Source: a virus
Length of the DNA: 64,000 nt
Reading direction: 5' to 3' (one strand)
IMG/VR virus record: IMGVR_UViG_3300029288_006769
Location: 250,367 to 314,366 of that record
The notes under the pieces are model-generated. The model saw nothing but the letters and a program-made list of their open reading frames with translations, was not told the origin of the DNA and searched no databases. Made by a program: the position numbers and the translations under genes. Shown piece by piece: positions 39,168 through 48,686 of the stretch (the stretch's first letter is position 1; every line of letters begins with the position of its first letter).

Positions 39168-41885
39168 TTAGAAACGAACTCTTATCTGGTATTCTACATC
39201 GACCCAGTTCAATCCCATGATCGGGATATAGAAAGCAGTAACTTTGATGTAATCAGGTTGAACCGAATCTCTAACCGCAGTAACGCCCTTGTAATCAACA
39301 ATGATTTGTGCATCAACTGCGGACGCTAACATGGATCCTACTGCAGCTCCAACTTCTCCAGGAAGACTTGAAGTCATCTTTCTTCCGATATAAGGTTCTA
39401 CAACTCTACGAGTTTCTTGTTGGATGAAGTCTCTGATTGTGATAACCATAACTTCTCTTGTAAGAGCACTTGTCATATTCGTTGTCATTGCATGACGAAT
39501 AACCATTGTCGAACTTACCTTCATGATCACCGTCAAACCTCTAACAGCAACCAGGTCCATAGTTGTTTCATCCAGAGAGCGTACAAGCTGTTTGAAACCA
39601 AGCAATGTTTTGCGTGTCATCGGTGTTGCAACATCCCATATCGGACTTACATTCAAGCCACAAAGTGCTGCAGCTACAAATGTTCCATCAACAACATGTT
39701 CTGTTACGCTCCCGTCAGCTTCTACCATCTCAATAACAGCACCATCAGGATAGACGCCAATCATACGTTCTGTATTCAAAGCAAGAGCGTAGTTTCCTGC
39801 TTCCATAGGCTCTGTACCAACTGCAAAGCCAAAGAAACTGATTCTCTCTCTTCTGTTTCTCTTTGAAGACATACTTGCACAATGTGATGCTGTATAATTT
39901 ATAACAGCAGCCGATGCTGTAACAGGGAAAACTACAGCTGGATTAATACCATCTACATCCTGTTCAAGTCTCTTTATCACATCCATGTAAGACTGATCAG
40001 GTGCAAGATCGCTGCCCTCTGCTTTACGAACTTGACAAAGAATAAGAGCAGTTGCTCCATTCAAAAACATCAGATAAGCAGTAAGAACTAACGGATTCGA
40101 TGCGGTAAGATCACCGTACTCTGTCGTAATGTCTTTAAATTTCGTATAAAGAGCACAATCAAAATTGTCTTTTTCATAGTAATACGAAACATAATAAACA
40201 TCACCGACATTTGGCTCTTTACCCGATTTATCGAAAGCAATCAGATCTGTAATATCCCCTGCAGCAACATCCGTTGTGTTATTGACATTCAAATTCAAAC
40301 CAGGAATGCTTGTAACCATAAGAACGCTCGTAACAAATATTGCTTCAGCTGTAATATCTATCTGAAGAGTATCACCAGAAGCATAGGCGACATCAGATTC
40401 AAGCGTGAAAATTAATCCTGTTTGACTGTCAACGTAAGTTGAATTTGTTATTCCAAAACCAGCGGAACCTCCAACAACATTCGAACTTACAACAAAATGT
40501 GTATTTGAGGTAAAAGTAAGTGTTACAGTTTCATCAATGGTATAACCCTTAGAAACCGTAGGCCCTGTAAGATAATTTGCTCCAGTAAAACTTGGATTTG
40601 CAACAGACTCAAGCCCTGGAACTGCAATACCAAGTCTTCCATCTTCAAGTGAAGAAATAGTATATGTCCCTACTCCTACACCACCTGATGTTGCAACTTC
40701 TATGCTATAAGTATCATCTTCCATTCTTGAGCGCCAGTATGTAACTCTAACAGTGCTTCCTACAGCAGGAGGAGTTGCAAGATAAATAGTACCTAATTCT
40801 CCATTAACTCTTGTAACATCTCCTTCGACTGCTGGACCAACTAAAGGAGTTATTGTTACGGTAACATTTGTAGGATCATTTGTTACAATATCACGACCTG
40901 TTCCATCGACAATAGGTACGAATCTTACCGTACAAGATGTTTCGATCCCATGAAATTGGCTTGAAACATCTTCATTATAGATTCTGTCGTCAATCAGAGT
41001 TGCTTGGATTTGATTGTCATTGAAAAACTCACTACCTGATGTGTGAACAATTTCTGACAATTTGTAGCCTGTTCCCCATTCAATCTGTTCTCCAATAATA
41101 GCGTAATCGACGTTTTCGACAAAATCTGTTGTCTCGGGAGAAACACCAACTCTAATCATCCTTGTCAAACCAGTGAAAGGAAGATCATCAGCAGTGTTCA
41201 AATGCATATTGTAATAGTAAGTAACAGTAAGAGTTTGTCCAGGTGCCGGTGGCTCTGTCAGAGTAAACTCTCCATTTACACCATCAAGATGTGAAACTTC
41301 AACAATTGCATTATTGACTTTCACTGTAATGTTACTTATTGTCGTAGTCGCTTTTCCGGCATTTGTACCATCAACAATTGGTTTGTGATGAGTATAAAAA
41401 GTCACTGCTGATACTGTAATTTGATCTGAGATGTCTTCATCAACAACTCTTGTGTCAGTCTTTTTATAGAAGTAAGTGCAAGTTACTTCATCGGTACTTC
41501 TTGGTGCAAGTGCTAGATAAATTCTTCCATTAGCACCTTCAACTTTAGCAACAATTACTTTTGTACCATTGACTTTTACTTCGACATCATTTGTGTTGTT
41601 CGTTACACGGCCAAGTCCATCACCCACAACGATAGGATAATTAAGAACGGTAAAATCACGATTTGTGCCAGTAAAACCTGCTGACACATCTTCATTGACT
41701 TTTCTGTTGTCAAGATTTGGACTCGAACCACGAACAAGTTCATACCCTTCAACTCTTTTAACTTCTTCTGCTGTTCCAACAAGAGCAGGTATTCTCTGAT
41801 TAGCGAGCAAACCCCCGATAGCGGTGTCGAGATTTGTCGATGTGTATACAGCAGGCGGCGCATACCCTGTAAAAGGTCCAGCCAT
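39168..41885 (-). CDS. Contractile tail sheath protein (905 aa), enlarged by about 3 inserted 'NEDVSxQFxG...PIVDG' beta-sandwich domains
   Basis: Gene order sheath > tube. C-terminal region has the character of a conserved sheath fold. Internal repeats 'NEDVSAGFTG..PIVVGDG', 'DEDISDQITV..PIVDGTN', 'NEDVSSQFHG..PIVDGTG'. GGAG SD. Confidence 0.65.
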   Translation of the reverse strand: MAGPFTGYAPPAVYTSTNLDTAIGGLLANQRIPALVGTAEEVKRVEGYELVRGSSPNLDNRKVNEDVSAGFTGTNRDFTVLNYPIVVGDGLGRVTNNTNDVEVKVNGTKVIVAKVEGANGRIYLALAPRSTDEVTCTYFYKKTDTRVVDEDISDQITVSAVTFYTHHKPIVDGTNAGKATTTISNITVKVNNAIVEVSHLDGVNGEFTLTEPPAPGQTLTVTYYYNMHLNTADDLPFTGLTRMIRVGVSPETTDFVENVDYAIIGEQIEWGTGYKLSEIVHTSGSEFFNDNQIQATLIDDRIYNEDVSSQFHGIETSCTVRFVPIVDGTGRDIVTNDPTNVTVTITPLVGPAVEGDVTRVNGELGTIYLATPPAVGSTVRVTYWRSRMEDDTYSIEVATSGGVGVGTYTISSLEDGRLGIAVPGLESVANPSFTGANYLTGPTVSKGYTIDETVTLTFTSNTHFVVSSNVVGGSAGFGITNSTYVDSQTGLIFTLESDVAYASGDTLQIDITAEAIFVTSVLMVTSIPGLNLNVNNTTDVAAGDITDLIAFDKSGKEPNVGDVYYVSYYYEKDNFDCALYTKFKDITTEYGDLTASNPLVLTAYLMFLNGATALILCQVRKAEGSDLAPDQSYMDVIKRLEQDVDGINPAVVFPVTASAAVINYTASHCASMSSKRNRRERISFFGFAVGTEPMEAGNYALALNTERMIGVYPDGAVIEMVEADGSVTEHVVDGTFVAAALCGLNVSPIWDVATPMTRKTLLGFKQLVRSLDETTMDLVAVRGLTVIMKVSSTMVIRHAMTTNMTSALTREVMVITIRDFIQQETRRVVEPYIGRKMTSSLPGEVGAAVGSMLASAVDAQIIVDYKGVTAVRDSVQPDYIKVTAFYIPIMGLNWVDVEYQIRVRF

Positions 41886-41990
41886 GGTAAACTCCTTATG
41901 ATATAATGTTGATAATCTTAAAACTAGCAGGTAAGTTTAGCTTTTACGCAATTCATCTAAATTCTGTATTTAATAAAACCACTAGAAAGG

Positions 41991-42410
41991 TTATTTCTGT
42001 TCATATTCAATGATTTTTCGATTACACTTACAATTAAAATTTTTATCAGGAATATCATCTTTTTTTGAAAATTTATGTTCTAAGCCACAATGACATTTTA
42101 TGTACATATAAGATTCGACACCATTGGGAACTGGCAAAGAATCTATAAAATCAATTAATTCATTTTTATTAAGCCAGTTTCGATATGTGTTTGATTCTCG
42201 TTTTTGAACAATAGAATTATTGAGCTGAAAAGGATTATTTGATGCTATATAACTAACAATAGACTTTGGCATAAAAAACTCCAATGGGCGAGTTCTACTC
42301 GCCCACAAATCATGCTGGTGTAGCAAGTTTCTTTTTGGTCTCTTCTTCGATCTGAGCTTTGATAACACGTTCTTTATGTACCATAACAATTTGCTGAACA
42401 TTTTGGTCAT
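41991..42410 (-). CDS. Small basic protein with a C-terminal zinc ribbon (139 aa; the true start may be internal)
   Basis: 'CHCG...x...CKCN'. Basic N-terminus 'SKKRPKRNLLHQH'. Overlaps the 42310..42585 ORF by 100 nt unless it starts at an internal Met. Confidence 0.4.
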   Translation of the reverse strand: MTKMFSKLLWYIKNVLSKLRSKKRPKRNLLHQHDLWASRTRPLEFFMPKSIVSYIASNNPFQLNNSIVQKRESNTYRNWLNKNELIDFIDSLPVPNGVESYMYIKCHCGLEHKFSKKDDIPDKNFNCKCNRKIIEYEQK

Positions 42411-42585
42411 AAATAAAACTTGCTTTTTCTTTCTTCAAAGTCGCAACAGCTAACTCGGCTTCAGCTATTTTTTTGTCAAATTCTTGAAGTTTCAAATTGA
42501 ATGCGGTTCCTGTATCAATCGAAATCTCTTGTTTTTGTTGTTCGGGCTGTTTCGTTTCTTCTTGTTTTGTAAGTTGTTCTGACAT
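42310..42585 (-). CDS. Small coiled-coil protein (91 aa)
   Basis: Charged helical sequence, operon-consistent orientation, located between the fiber and sheath genes. Confidence 0.4.
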   Translation of the reverse strand: MSEQLTKQEETKQPEQQKQEISIDTGTAFNLKLQEFDKKIAEAELAVATLKKEKASFIYDQNVQQIVMVHKERVIKAQIEEETKKKLATPA

Positions 42586-42629
42586 AGTAACTCCTTTTAA
42601 TTGTTATTTAATCTAAGAGCAAAGCTCTT

Positions 42630-45600
42630 TTAAAGTCTCACTTCAATCAAACCGACATCAGTTGAATCATAAGACTGACGTGCTATTGCAAATGAATTTA
42701 TTGTTTCTTCTATTGTTTTTGCGGCTCTTGCAACACCTGGGTATGGAGATGTGCATGCGCAAAGCGTCAGACGATCTCCTCTTTTAATAGTTCCAACAAC
42801 TTTACAAAGCACATGTCCTGTCATAGCAATTCGTTTTGCATTGTATTTTTTCTCAAGATCTTCGATTGACAAATTTTTGAAATCATGCTTTACAGTTTCA
42901 GGATCAGCATCGCTTACAGCAAAACCACCACAAAAAGTTGCACGGTCTGTAACAATACCATAAGCAATTTTTCCTGTTCCAATTTCGACTTTCATGTCTT
43001 CGTCTGTCGATTGTTGGACAATAGTTCCAACACAATAATTAGCAAGATCACCTGTAACAGCAGCCCATTCAGCAAAGTCGGCAGCAGGAGAAGAAATTGT
43101 TGTTCCTGCATCAGAATAAATTTGTCCATTTGAAGCAATTTCAGCAACAGTAGCATTACTGTTCTTGAATCTAATTGCATGGCCATTTGCATCCAAAGAC
43201 AAATCCTGATATGATTGTATTATTACCGCACCATGTGTCAAACCACTACCAGCTGAAAGCGTTAGGTCAGAACCTGCACCATCACCCTCAACAAGCACAT
43301 AAGCTCCATTTGTTGAACTAGGTGCTCCATGATCTACGCCATGACAAATCTGAATAATTCCTGCATCAGAAGCAAAACTTGCATTGATGTCCAAAACTTC
43401 TGAATAAGAAGTAGCATGGAAATAAGTTCCACTTGAATTAAAATCCAAATTATCAGAAAGAATTGTTCTCCCTTGATGGATAATTGCACCACTTGATGTA
43501 TTCCCAGCACTTATATAAACATTACCACCCGCACCAACACTACCATAATCATTTCCATCACATCTTATATAGCCACCGTAACTAATACTTGGGAATCGTC
43601 CACCAGCTAAAGAAAGATTACCCGCATTAGAAGTACCACTTGGATCAATACCTGATGTTATCGAACTTTCAACTCCATAAAAATTTATTCCGCTCTGACC
43701 ATTGAAACCTGCAGGGACTATATTCAAAGCAGCAAAAGTCGCAGGAGTAGACCCTATTGCAACTCCATGAGTATAGAAAGTGAACGTACCATCAACTCCA
43801 GTATTAATATGCGACTCTCCTGTTGCAGCATCTAATTTTAAAATTCCACTATAGTTACCATTAGTTGCTGTTGCGACCTGCAATATTTGTCCTGCCGACG
43901 TATACATACTTGTATTGGACATACCCCAGAATTGATGCTGAGCACCATCAGTCGTATCAATGTGTATAACATTACCATACATACTAAATGTGCCATCAAC
44001 ACCGACATCGACGTAAGAACCCCCTGTTGCAGCATTTAATTGCAAAATTCCACTATAATTGCCATTGGTTGTTGTTGCAACTTGTAACACATAACCTGAT
44101 GTTGTATACATACTAGTATTAGGCATGCCCCAGAATTGATGCTGAGGTCCACCAGTAGTATTAAAATTAATTTGAGTAGCATTTAAATCAATTTTTTGGT
44201 CTACTTCATAACCTTGTACATAAATAGATGAATCTCCACCAATTATGTTTACAGAACCAGTAGAAGCACTTATACTTATACTTGCTGATGAGTCAGCTGC
44301 ACCTGGAAAATCAGGTTCCAAAACAAGTACATAGCCTCCAGTTCTAACTCTATCTGTCATTACATTGTCACCAACAAGATAAATGCCTGCGCCTGTTATA
44401 GTATTAAAATATGCTTGACCTTCACAATGGAGTTTATATTGTGGGTCAGTAGTACCAATACCAAAATTTCCACCGTATGCCATTCTAAAAAGTTCTGTGC
44501 TATCGAAAATGAAAGCAAGATCACTAGCTGGCCTGTAAATATCTCCAGTAAGATTAATATTTCCTGCCACATCTAGTTTTTGTAATGGGGATGATGAACC
44601 GATACCTACTCGATTTGAACTCAAAAATATATTGTCAGAACCACTATCTGTCGAAATTTGCATTCCGTAAGATGGGTCCCAATTAACAATACCTTTTCTT
44701 GCACCTACATTATCGTAAAAACCTACGCCAGTAATGTTAGAAGGTTCATTACTTTGAATTTTAACAGTTGAATGGCTAGAAGACCAGGGACCTATAATGT
44801 GTGCTTTTGAATTGTTTGCCGTTGTTGTCCCAACACCAAGGTTTCCAGTAATATTAAAATCACCACCTGCACTCAAATTCCCAGAAAAAGCTCCTGTTCC
44901 TATGACATCAAGAGCACTTGTTGGTGTTGCCGTTCCGATACCAACTCTACCATTGTCAATCAATAATGCATAACCTGTGCCTGCGTTATGCAATGTCATA
45001 ACTGTTGCAGAATTTCCAACTTCGGTTTGATTTATTGAAAGAGCAACCTGATTATCATTTTGATTTATTTCTAACATATCTGCTGTTGTTACTTCTGTAT
45101 TGATAACTGTTGTTGTTCCATTGACAGTCAAATTATTGTCAACAAGAACATTTCCACTTACATGTAATGTTGCACTAGGGTTTGTTGTACCAATACCAAC
45201 TCTACCAGAATTGACTATTAATGAGGGACCGATACCAGCATTTGTAATTTGAACGACAGCAGTATCATTTACGGCACCTGTTTGACTTACTACAAGTCCG
45301 TTGTCATTAGCAGCTTGGGTAATTGTAAGTTTTCCAGCAACACCCATATCTGTAAAATTCGAACTTCCATTAATAAACAAATCATTATTGATTAGACAAC
45401 TTCCTTGAACATGAAGGAGTTGAGATGGATTTGTAGTTCCTATGCCAAGTCTTCCTGTTGATGTAAAACAGGCACTTTCACTTCCGTTCGTATGAAATCT
45501 TATTTTTCTAGCACCTTGAGCAACAAGATCTATTCCCTCAGAACCTGAATCATCATTCCCACTCAAATAACCCAAATATGTTCCTGTTCTATAAAAATCA

Positions 45601-46709
45601 ATTTGAGGGTATGTAGATTCTATTCGTTCATGACCCACAATATGTACAGCCTCTTGAGGATCTGTCGTTCCTACACCAATTCTTCCATTTGTTTTAAAAC
45701 GAATTCTCTCGATACCTGGAATCATTTCAGTTTCTGATGTACCATCTAAAAATCTCAAATCATTCGAATAATCTACAATGCTTGCCATGAAAATCGTACC
45801 AATACGATGATTTATATCACCAATATTTTGTCCATCGGCAAGTAAAAGATCTGTTCCTGGACCAAGTTCTACATCTTTAATCGTTGTTCCCATACAGTAA
45901 CTACTAAGAGAATTGATTAAAATTCTATTATCTTCAATCATTGATGTAGTAATATTACTTGAGGTATCACGGGTAATTGTGGCAATCTTTACAAACCTGT
46001 GATAGATACCATTAGCATCAGGTTCGTCTTCTGGTATTGCAGGAACAACTGGAGTAACACTTTCGACACCTTCCATCACACATATATCTTGCACCATTCT
46101 TACTCTATTTGCCGTAGAAAACCCTATGCCTGGGACAATCAAAGATGTGTCTTTATATTCAGGAGGTTCTGTTCCAATACCTACACCAGTAGCAGAAACT
46201 TCAGCAAAATAGAAATCAATATAAACTACATCAATTCTTGGATTTGTTACAGGGGCATGTAAAGCTGGTGCCGCTGGCCAGGTTTTTGTATAACGATCAT
46301 CAACAAGTGTTCCTGTACTATAACCTTGATTTTTGTATTCAAGATCATTTTTTAAAAACAAAATATAACCATCAACAATTAGAATACCTGCACCTTCAAC
46401 AGTTCCATCACCACCCCTAATCAAAAAGTTATTCACCGTGTCAGTGCTTTGAACAACTTGAAAACCATTATTTAAAGAGTAACACCTGCAATTTACATCA
46501 ACTGGATTTTCTTTTGAAGGGAAGTTTGCCGTAATTAACTGTCGAATATAAGAATCAGAAACTTCTTGTATTTCATCAAGCTCATTTGATGATAGAGGTA
46601 CACCTTTTTGAAAATGCATTCTATAACGTTTTTGAGCCCCTATAGCATTCGGAATTCCATCGGGATTATACATGCTGGGTTCATAATTGCCTGAATAAGC
46701 AACACTCAT
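42630..46709 (-). CDS. Tail fiber protein (1359 aa) with an array of '(R/N)(V/I/L)G(I/V)GTT.P...L(H/D)V.G' beta-repeats, an internal 68-aa tandem duplication and a distinct C-terminal domain (possible intramolecular chaperone)
   Basis: At least 7 copies of the GIGTTNP..LHV.G repeat. Duplicated segment 'QHQFWGM(P/S)NTSMYT..G..LQVAT.TNGNYSGIL.L.AATG'. GGGAG SD. Confidence 0.8.
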   Translation of the reverse strand: MSVAYSGNYEPSMYNPDGIPNAIGAQKRYRMHFQKGVPLSSNELDEIQEVSDSYIRQLITANFPSKENPVDVNCRCYSLNNGFQVVQSTDTVNNFLIRGGDGTVEGAGILIVDGYILFLKNDLEYKNQGYSTGTLVDDRYTKTWPAAPALHAPVTNPRIDVVYIDFYFAEVSATGVGIGTEPPEYKDTSLIVPGIGFSTANRVRMVQDICVMEGVESVTPVVPAIPEDEPDANGIYHRFVKIATITRDTSSNITTSMIEDNRILINSLSSYCMGTTIKDVELGPGTDLLLADGQNIGDINHRIGTIFMASIVDYSNDLRFLDGTSETEMIPGIERIRFKTNGRIGVGTTDPQEAVHIVGHERIESTYPQIDFYRTGTYLGYLSGNDDSGSEGIDLVAQGARKIRFHTNGSESACFTSTGRLGIGTTNPSQLLHVQGSCLINNDLFINGSSNFTDMGVAGKLTITQAANDNGLVVSQTGAVNDTAVVQITNAGIGPSLIVNSGRVGIGTTNPSATLHVSGNVLVDNNLTVNGTTTVINTEVTTADMLEINQNDNQVALSINQTEVGNSATVMTLHNAGTGYALLIDNGRVGIGTATPTSALDVIGTGAFSGNLSAGGDFNITGNLGVGTTTANNSKAHIIGPWSSSHSTVKIQSNEPSNITGVGFYDNVGARKGIVNWDPSYGMQISTDSGSDNIFLSSNRVGIGSSSPLQKLDVAGNINLTGDIYRPASDLAFIFDSTELFRMAYGGNFGIGTTDPQYKLHCEGQAYFNTITGAGIYLVGDNVMTDRVRTGGYVLVLEPDFPGAADSSASISISASTGSVNIIGGDSSIYVQGYEVDQKIDLNATQINFNTTGGPQHQFWGMPNTSMYTTSGYVLQVATTTNGNYSGILQLNAATGGSYVDVGVDGTFSMYGNVIHIDTTDGAQHQFWGMSNTSMYTSAGQILQVATATNGNYSGILKLDAATGESHINTGVDGTFTFYTHGVAIGSTPATFAALNIVPAGFNGQSGINFYGVESSITSGIDPSGTSNAGNLSLAGGRFPSISYGGYIRCDGNDYGSVGAGGNVYISAGNTSSGAIIHQGRTILSDNLDFNSSGTYFHATSYSEVLDINASFASDAGIIQICHGVDHGAPSSTNGAYVLVEGDGAGSDLTLSAGSGLTHGAVIIQSYQDLSLDANGHAIRFKNSNATVAEIASNGQIYSDAGTTISSPAADFAEWAAVTGDLANYCVGTIVQQSTDEDMKVEIGTGKIAYGIVTDRATFCGGFAVSDADPETVKHDFKNLSIEDLEKKYNAKRIAMTGHVLCKVVGTIKRGDRLTLCACTSPYPGVARAAKTIEETINSFAIARQSYDSTDVGLIEVRL
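43739..44146. repeat. Two tandem copies of a ~204-bp unit (~80% identical) inside the tail fiber gene
   Basis: 'ccccagaattgatgctgag' occurs at ~43924 and ~44128. The flanking ~180 bp align. The period is 204 bp, equal to 68 codons, so it is in-frame. Confidence 0.7.
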
Positions 46710-46800
46710 AAATTCTCCCTTTAAAAGAGACCTTTAAGAAATCAAAAACCAGACTTTAATAAAAATTTTAATAAAGAAGAAAATAAAAGGAGTAGAAAAC

Positions 46801-48030
46801 TTATTCTTGTTGGTATTTACGAGTCACACGTGGCCATGCACTTGGATAAACTTGATAAGCATCCATTGTAGGAACTATTTGCAAACCCTTTTGATGTCTA
46901 CTATTCATTTGACGTTCATCATATTGATTTGTTTCATAAGCTTGCTCTTTTAAATAATCAATACCATTCTTAAAACTATCTTCACCGTAACCATAATTGA
47001 TTCTACGAACTGTAGCAATCAAAGGGATATAAATTTCCCAATCTGTTTCGACAGTAAAACTAATTCCGCCCGTGAAATTATATTCTTCAGGAACTTCCAC
47101 TTCTAAATCTTCAGCCTCGCCTGACAAGGCAAACTCGCTAATTGCAATTCCTTCGTTTGCTAGGGCATCTTGATAATCTGCCCACAATGATGTAACTACA
47201 TAATCTATAACACGTTCTTGTTGATCAGCATCCTGAGCTACACCAAGAATATCGACATTAAGTATCCAGCGCCCACCAAAAACTTTAGCAGTTGTAGTAT
47301 TTTCTTCTTCTACAACAACAACTTGTTCATCTCCAACTTTTAGTCTATCACCAAAAGCAAGCACTACACCTGGGATAGCTGTATTATTAAGCCCATAATA
47401 TTCTGCTACAAAAGGGCCTTGTTGAGCAGATCGAACTTGATAATCAATAACAATTGGTTCGTGATCAGTTACTGGATTTGTGAAAAGAATCTCTCCTGTC
47501 TCATAATCTATAGCATAATCAATATCTTTTTTAAACTCGAATTGCCCATGTTCTGAAAAAACAATTTCTGAGCCTGGATTGACAGGTATGTTTTTTAGAA
47601 TAGCACCTTGGTGTGTTCTTATAACAACAAGATCTAGTTTTTCATTCGTGCAAGTCAAGTACGGGTCAACAGTAAAACTAAAAACATTTGTGTTGAGATC
47701 ATGTTCAGTAATTTTCACAATATAAAAACCTTGAGAAACTAATTTATCAAGGTTTTCTTGATCATCTCTTACCCATTCAATAGAATTACCAGGAACATCT
47801 TTTAGATTTGCTAATGAACAATAACCTCTATGAGTTCCAATAAAATTGTCAAGACCTAATTTTTGAGAAGAACCTGAAACAGATCTTACAAGAATAGCCG
47901 TTTTTGGACGCTCTTCTTGTGGGAATTTTGTATAGACTTTAACTTTTTCAAAAATAGGATGTCTAGCCAAAATATCTTGGAATATTGAAACAAATCTTTT
48001 TTTGAGCGAATTTGAAATTATATAAAACAT
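46801..48030 (-). CDS. Hypothetical protein (409 aa)
   Basis: Long ORF with operon orientation. No motif recognised. Confidence 0.55.
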   Translation of the reverse strand: MFYIISNSLKKRFVSIFQDILARHPIFEKVKVYTKFPQEERPKTAILVRSVSGSSQKLGLDNFIGTHRGYCSLANLKDVPGNSIEWVRDDQENLDKLVSQGFYIVKITEHDLNTNVFSFTVDPYLTCTNEKLDLVVIRTHQGAILKNIPVNPGSEIVFSEHGQFEFKKDIDYAIDYETGEILFTNPVTDHEPIVIDYQVRSAQQGPFVAEYYGLNNTAIPGVVLAFGDRLKVGDEQVVVVEEENTTTAKVFGGRWILNVDILGVAQDADQQERVIDYVVTSLWADYQDALANEGIAISEFALSGEAEDLEVEVPEEYNFTGGISFTVETDWEIYIPLIATVRRINYGYGEDSFKNGIDYLKEQAYETNQYDERQMNSRHQKGLQIVPTMDAYQVYPSAWPRVTRKYQQE

Positions 48031-48299
48031 TCATTAAACTCGCTTTTTGAAACTTTCATTTTCAAAAATTTCTTGCCTTGTAGTTGAACAAGTACTTTGT
48101 CCCCTTCATCTTTTACTACAACAAATTTATCTTTTTCACCAGAAAGAATCGCACCTGGCTGAACAGTTTTAAATTGTGGCTTAGGCTTAGTATTAAGAGA
48201 TTCTACATATTTCTTATGTTCTTCATCATTCTTAATTTGACGAGCAAGATGGATTTTTAAGTTTTGAAACTCTTTATTGCAAACTGGACAGAGAGTCAT
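48018..48299 (-). CDS. Small protein with an N-terminal C2H2-like zinc finger (93 aa)
   Basis: 'CPVCNKEFQNLKIHLARQIKNDEEH'. Confidence 0.5.
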   Translation of the reverse strand: MTLCPVCNKEFQNLKIHLARQIKNDEEHKKYVESLNTKPKPQFKTVQPGAILSGEKDKFVVVKDEGDKVLVQLQGKKFLKMKVSKSEFNECFI

Positions 48300-48311
48300 T
48301 GCTTTCTCTCC

Positions 48312-48674
48312 TTATTGTTCGTTATTATCTAACACAAATCTATTAATTGCAAAAACACCTACATCTTCACCTGTATCTTCTTGAACACAAAGATACCCTG
48401 GCATTGATGCATCAGACACTATATAACGACGCCCTTTAAAAAGGGGACCAAAATTATCTACACAAATAACAATATCACCCCCGTTAATGAGTTTTGCTTC
48501 TTTTTCTTGAGCAGCTTTTTTCTCGACAGTATCAACAATAGAATCAAGTTCTTCATCACTTAATATAGATGCAACTTGTTTTGCAATTCTATCAAGATCT
48601 TCAGACATTGCTGGATTAATCTGCTTTGTCTGAGAAGCTACTTTTGTCAAATTACCTACCATTGTCTGTTTCAT
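48312..48674 (-). CDS. Hypothetical protein (120 aa) immediately downstream of the actin-like gene
   Basis: Tight 12-nt spacing. No motif recognised. Confidence 0.5.
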   Translation of the reverse strand: MKQTMVGNLTKVASQTKQINPAMSEDLDRIAKQVASILSDEELDSIVDTVEKKAAQEKEAKLINGGDIVICVDNFGPLFKGRRYIVSDASMPGYLCVQEDTGEDVGVFAINRFVLDNNEQ

Positions 48675-48686
48675 ATTCTCTCTCCT

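Noticed and set aside
41886-41990. Sigma-70-like promoter in the 105-bp gap upstream of the sheath gene
   Set aside because: No convincing -35/-10 pair at correct spacing. A late promoter there is likely but may use a phage-specific motif, so I report only the region (see the Zn-ribbon finding).
42630-46709. Diversity-generating retroelement targeting the tail fiber C-terminus
   Set aside because: No reverse-transcriptase-like ORF (for example a YxDD motif) was found in the window. The duplicated segment is an in-frame tandem coding repeat, not a TR/VR pair with adenine-specific differences.
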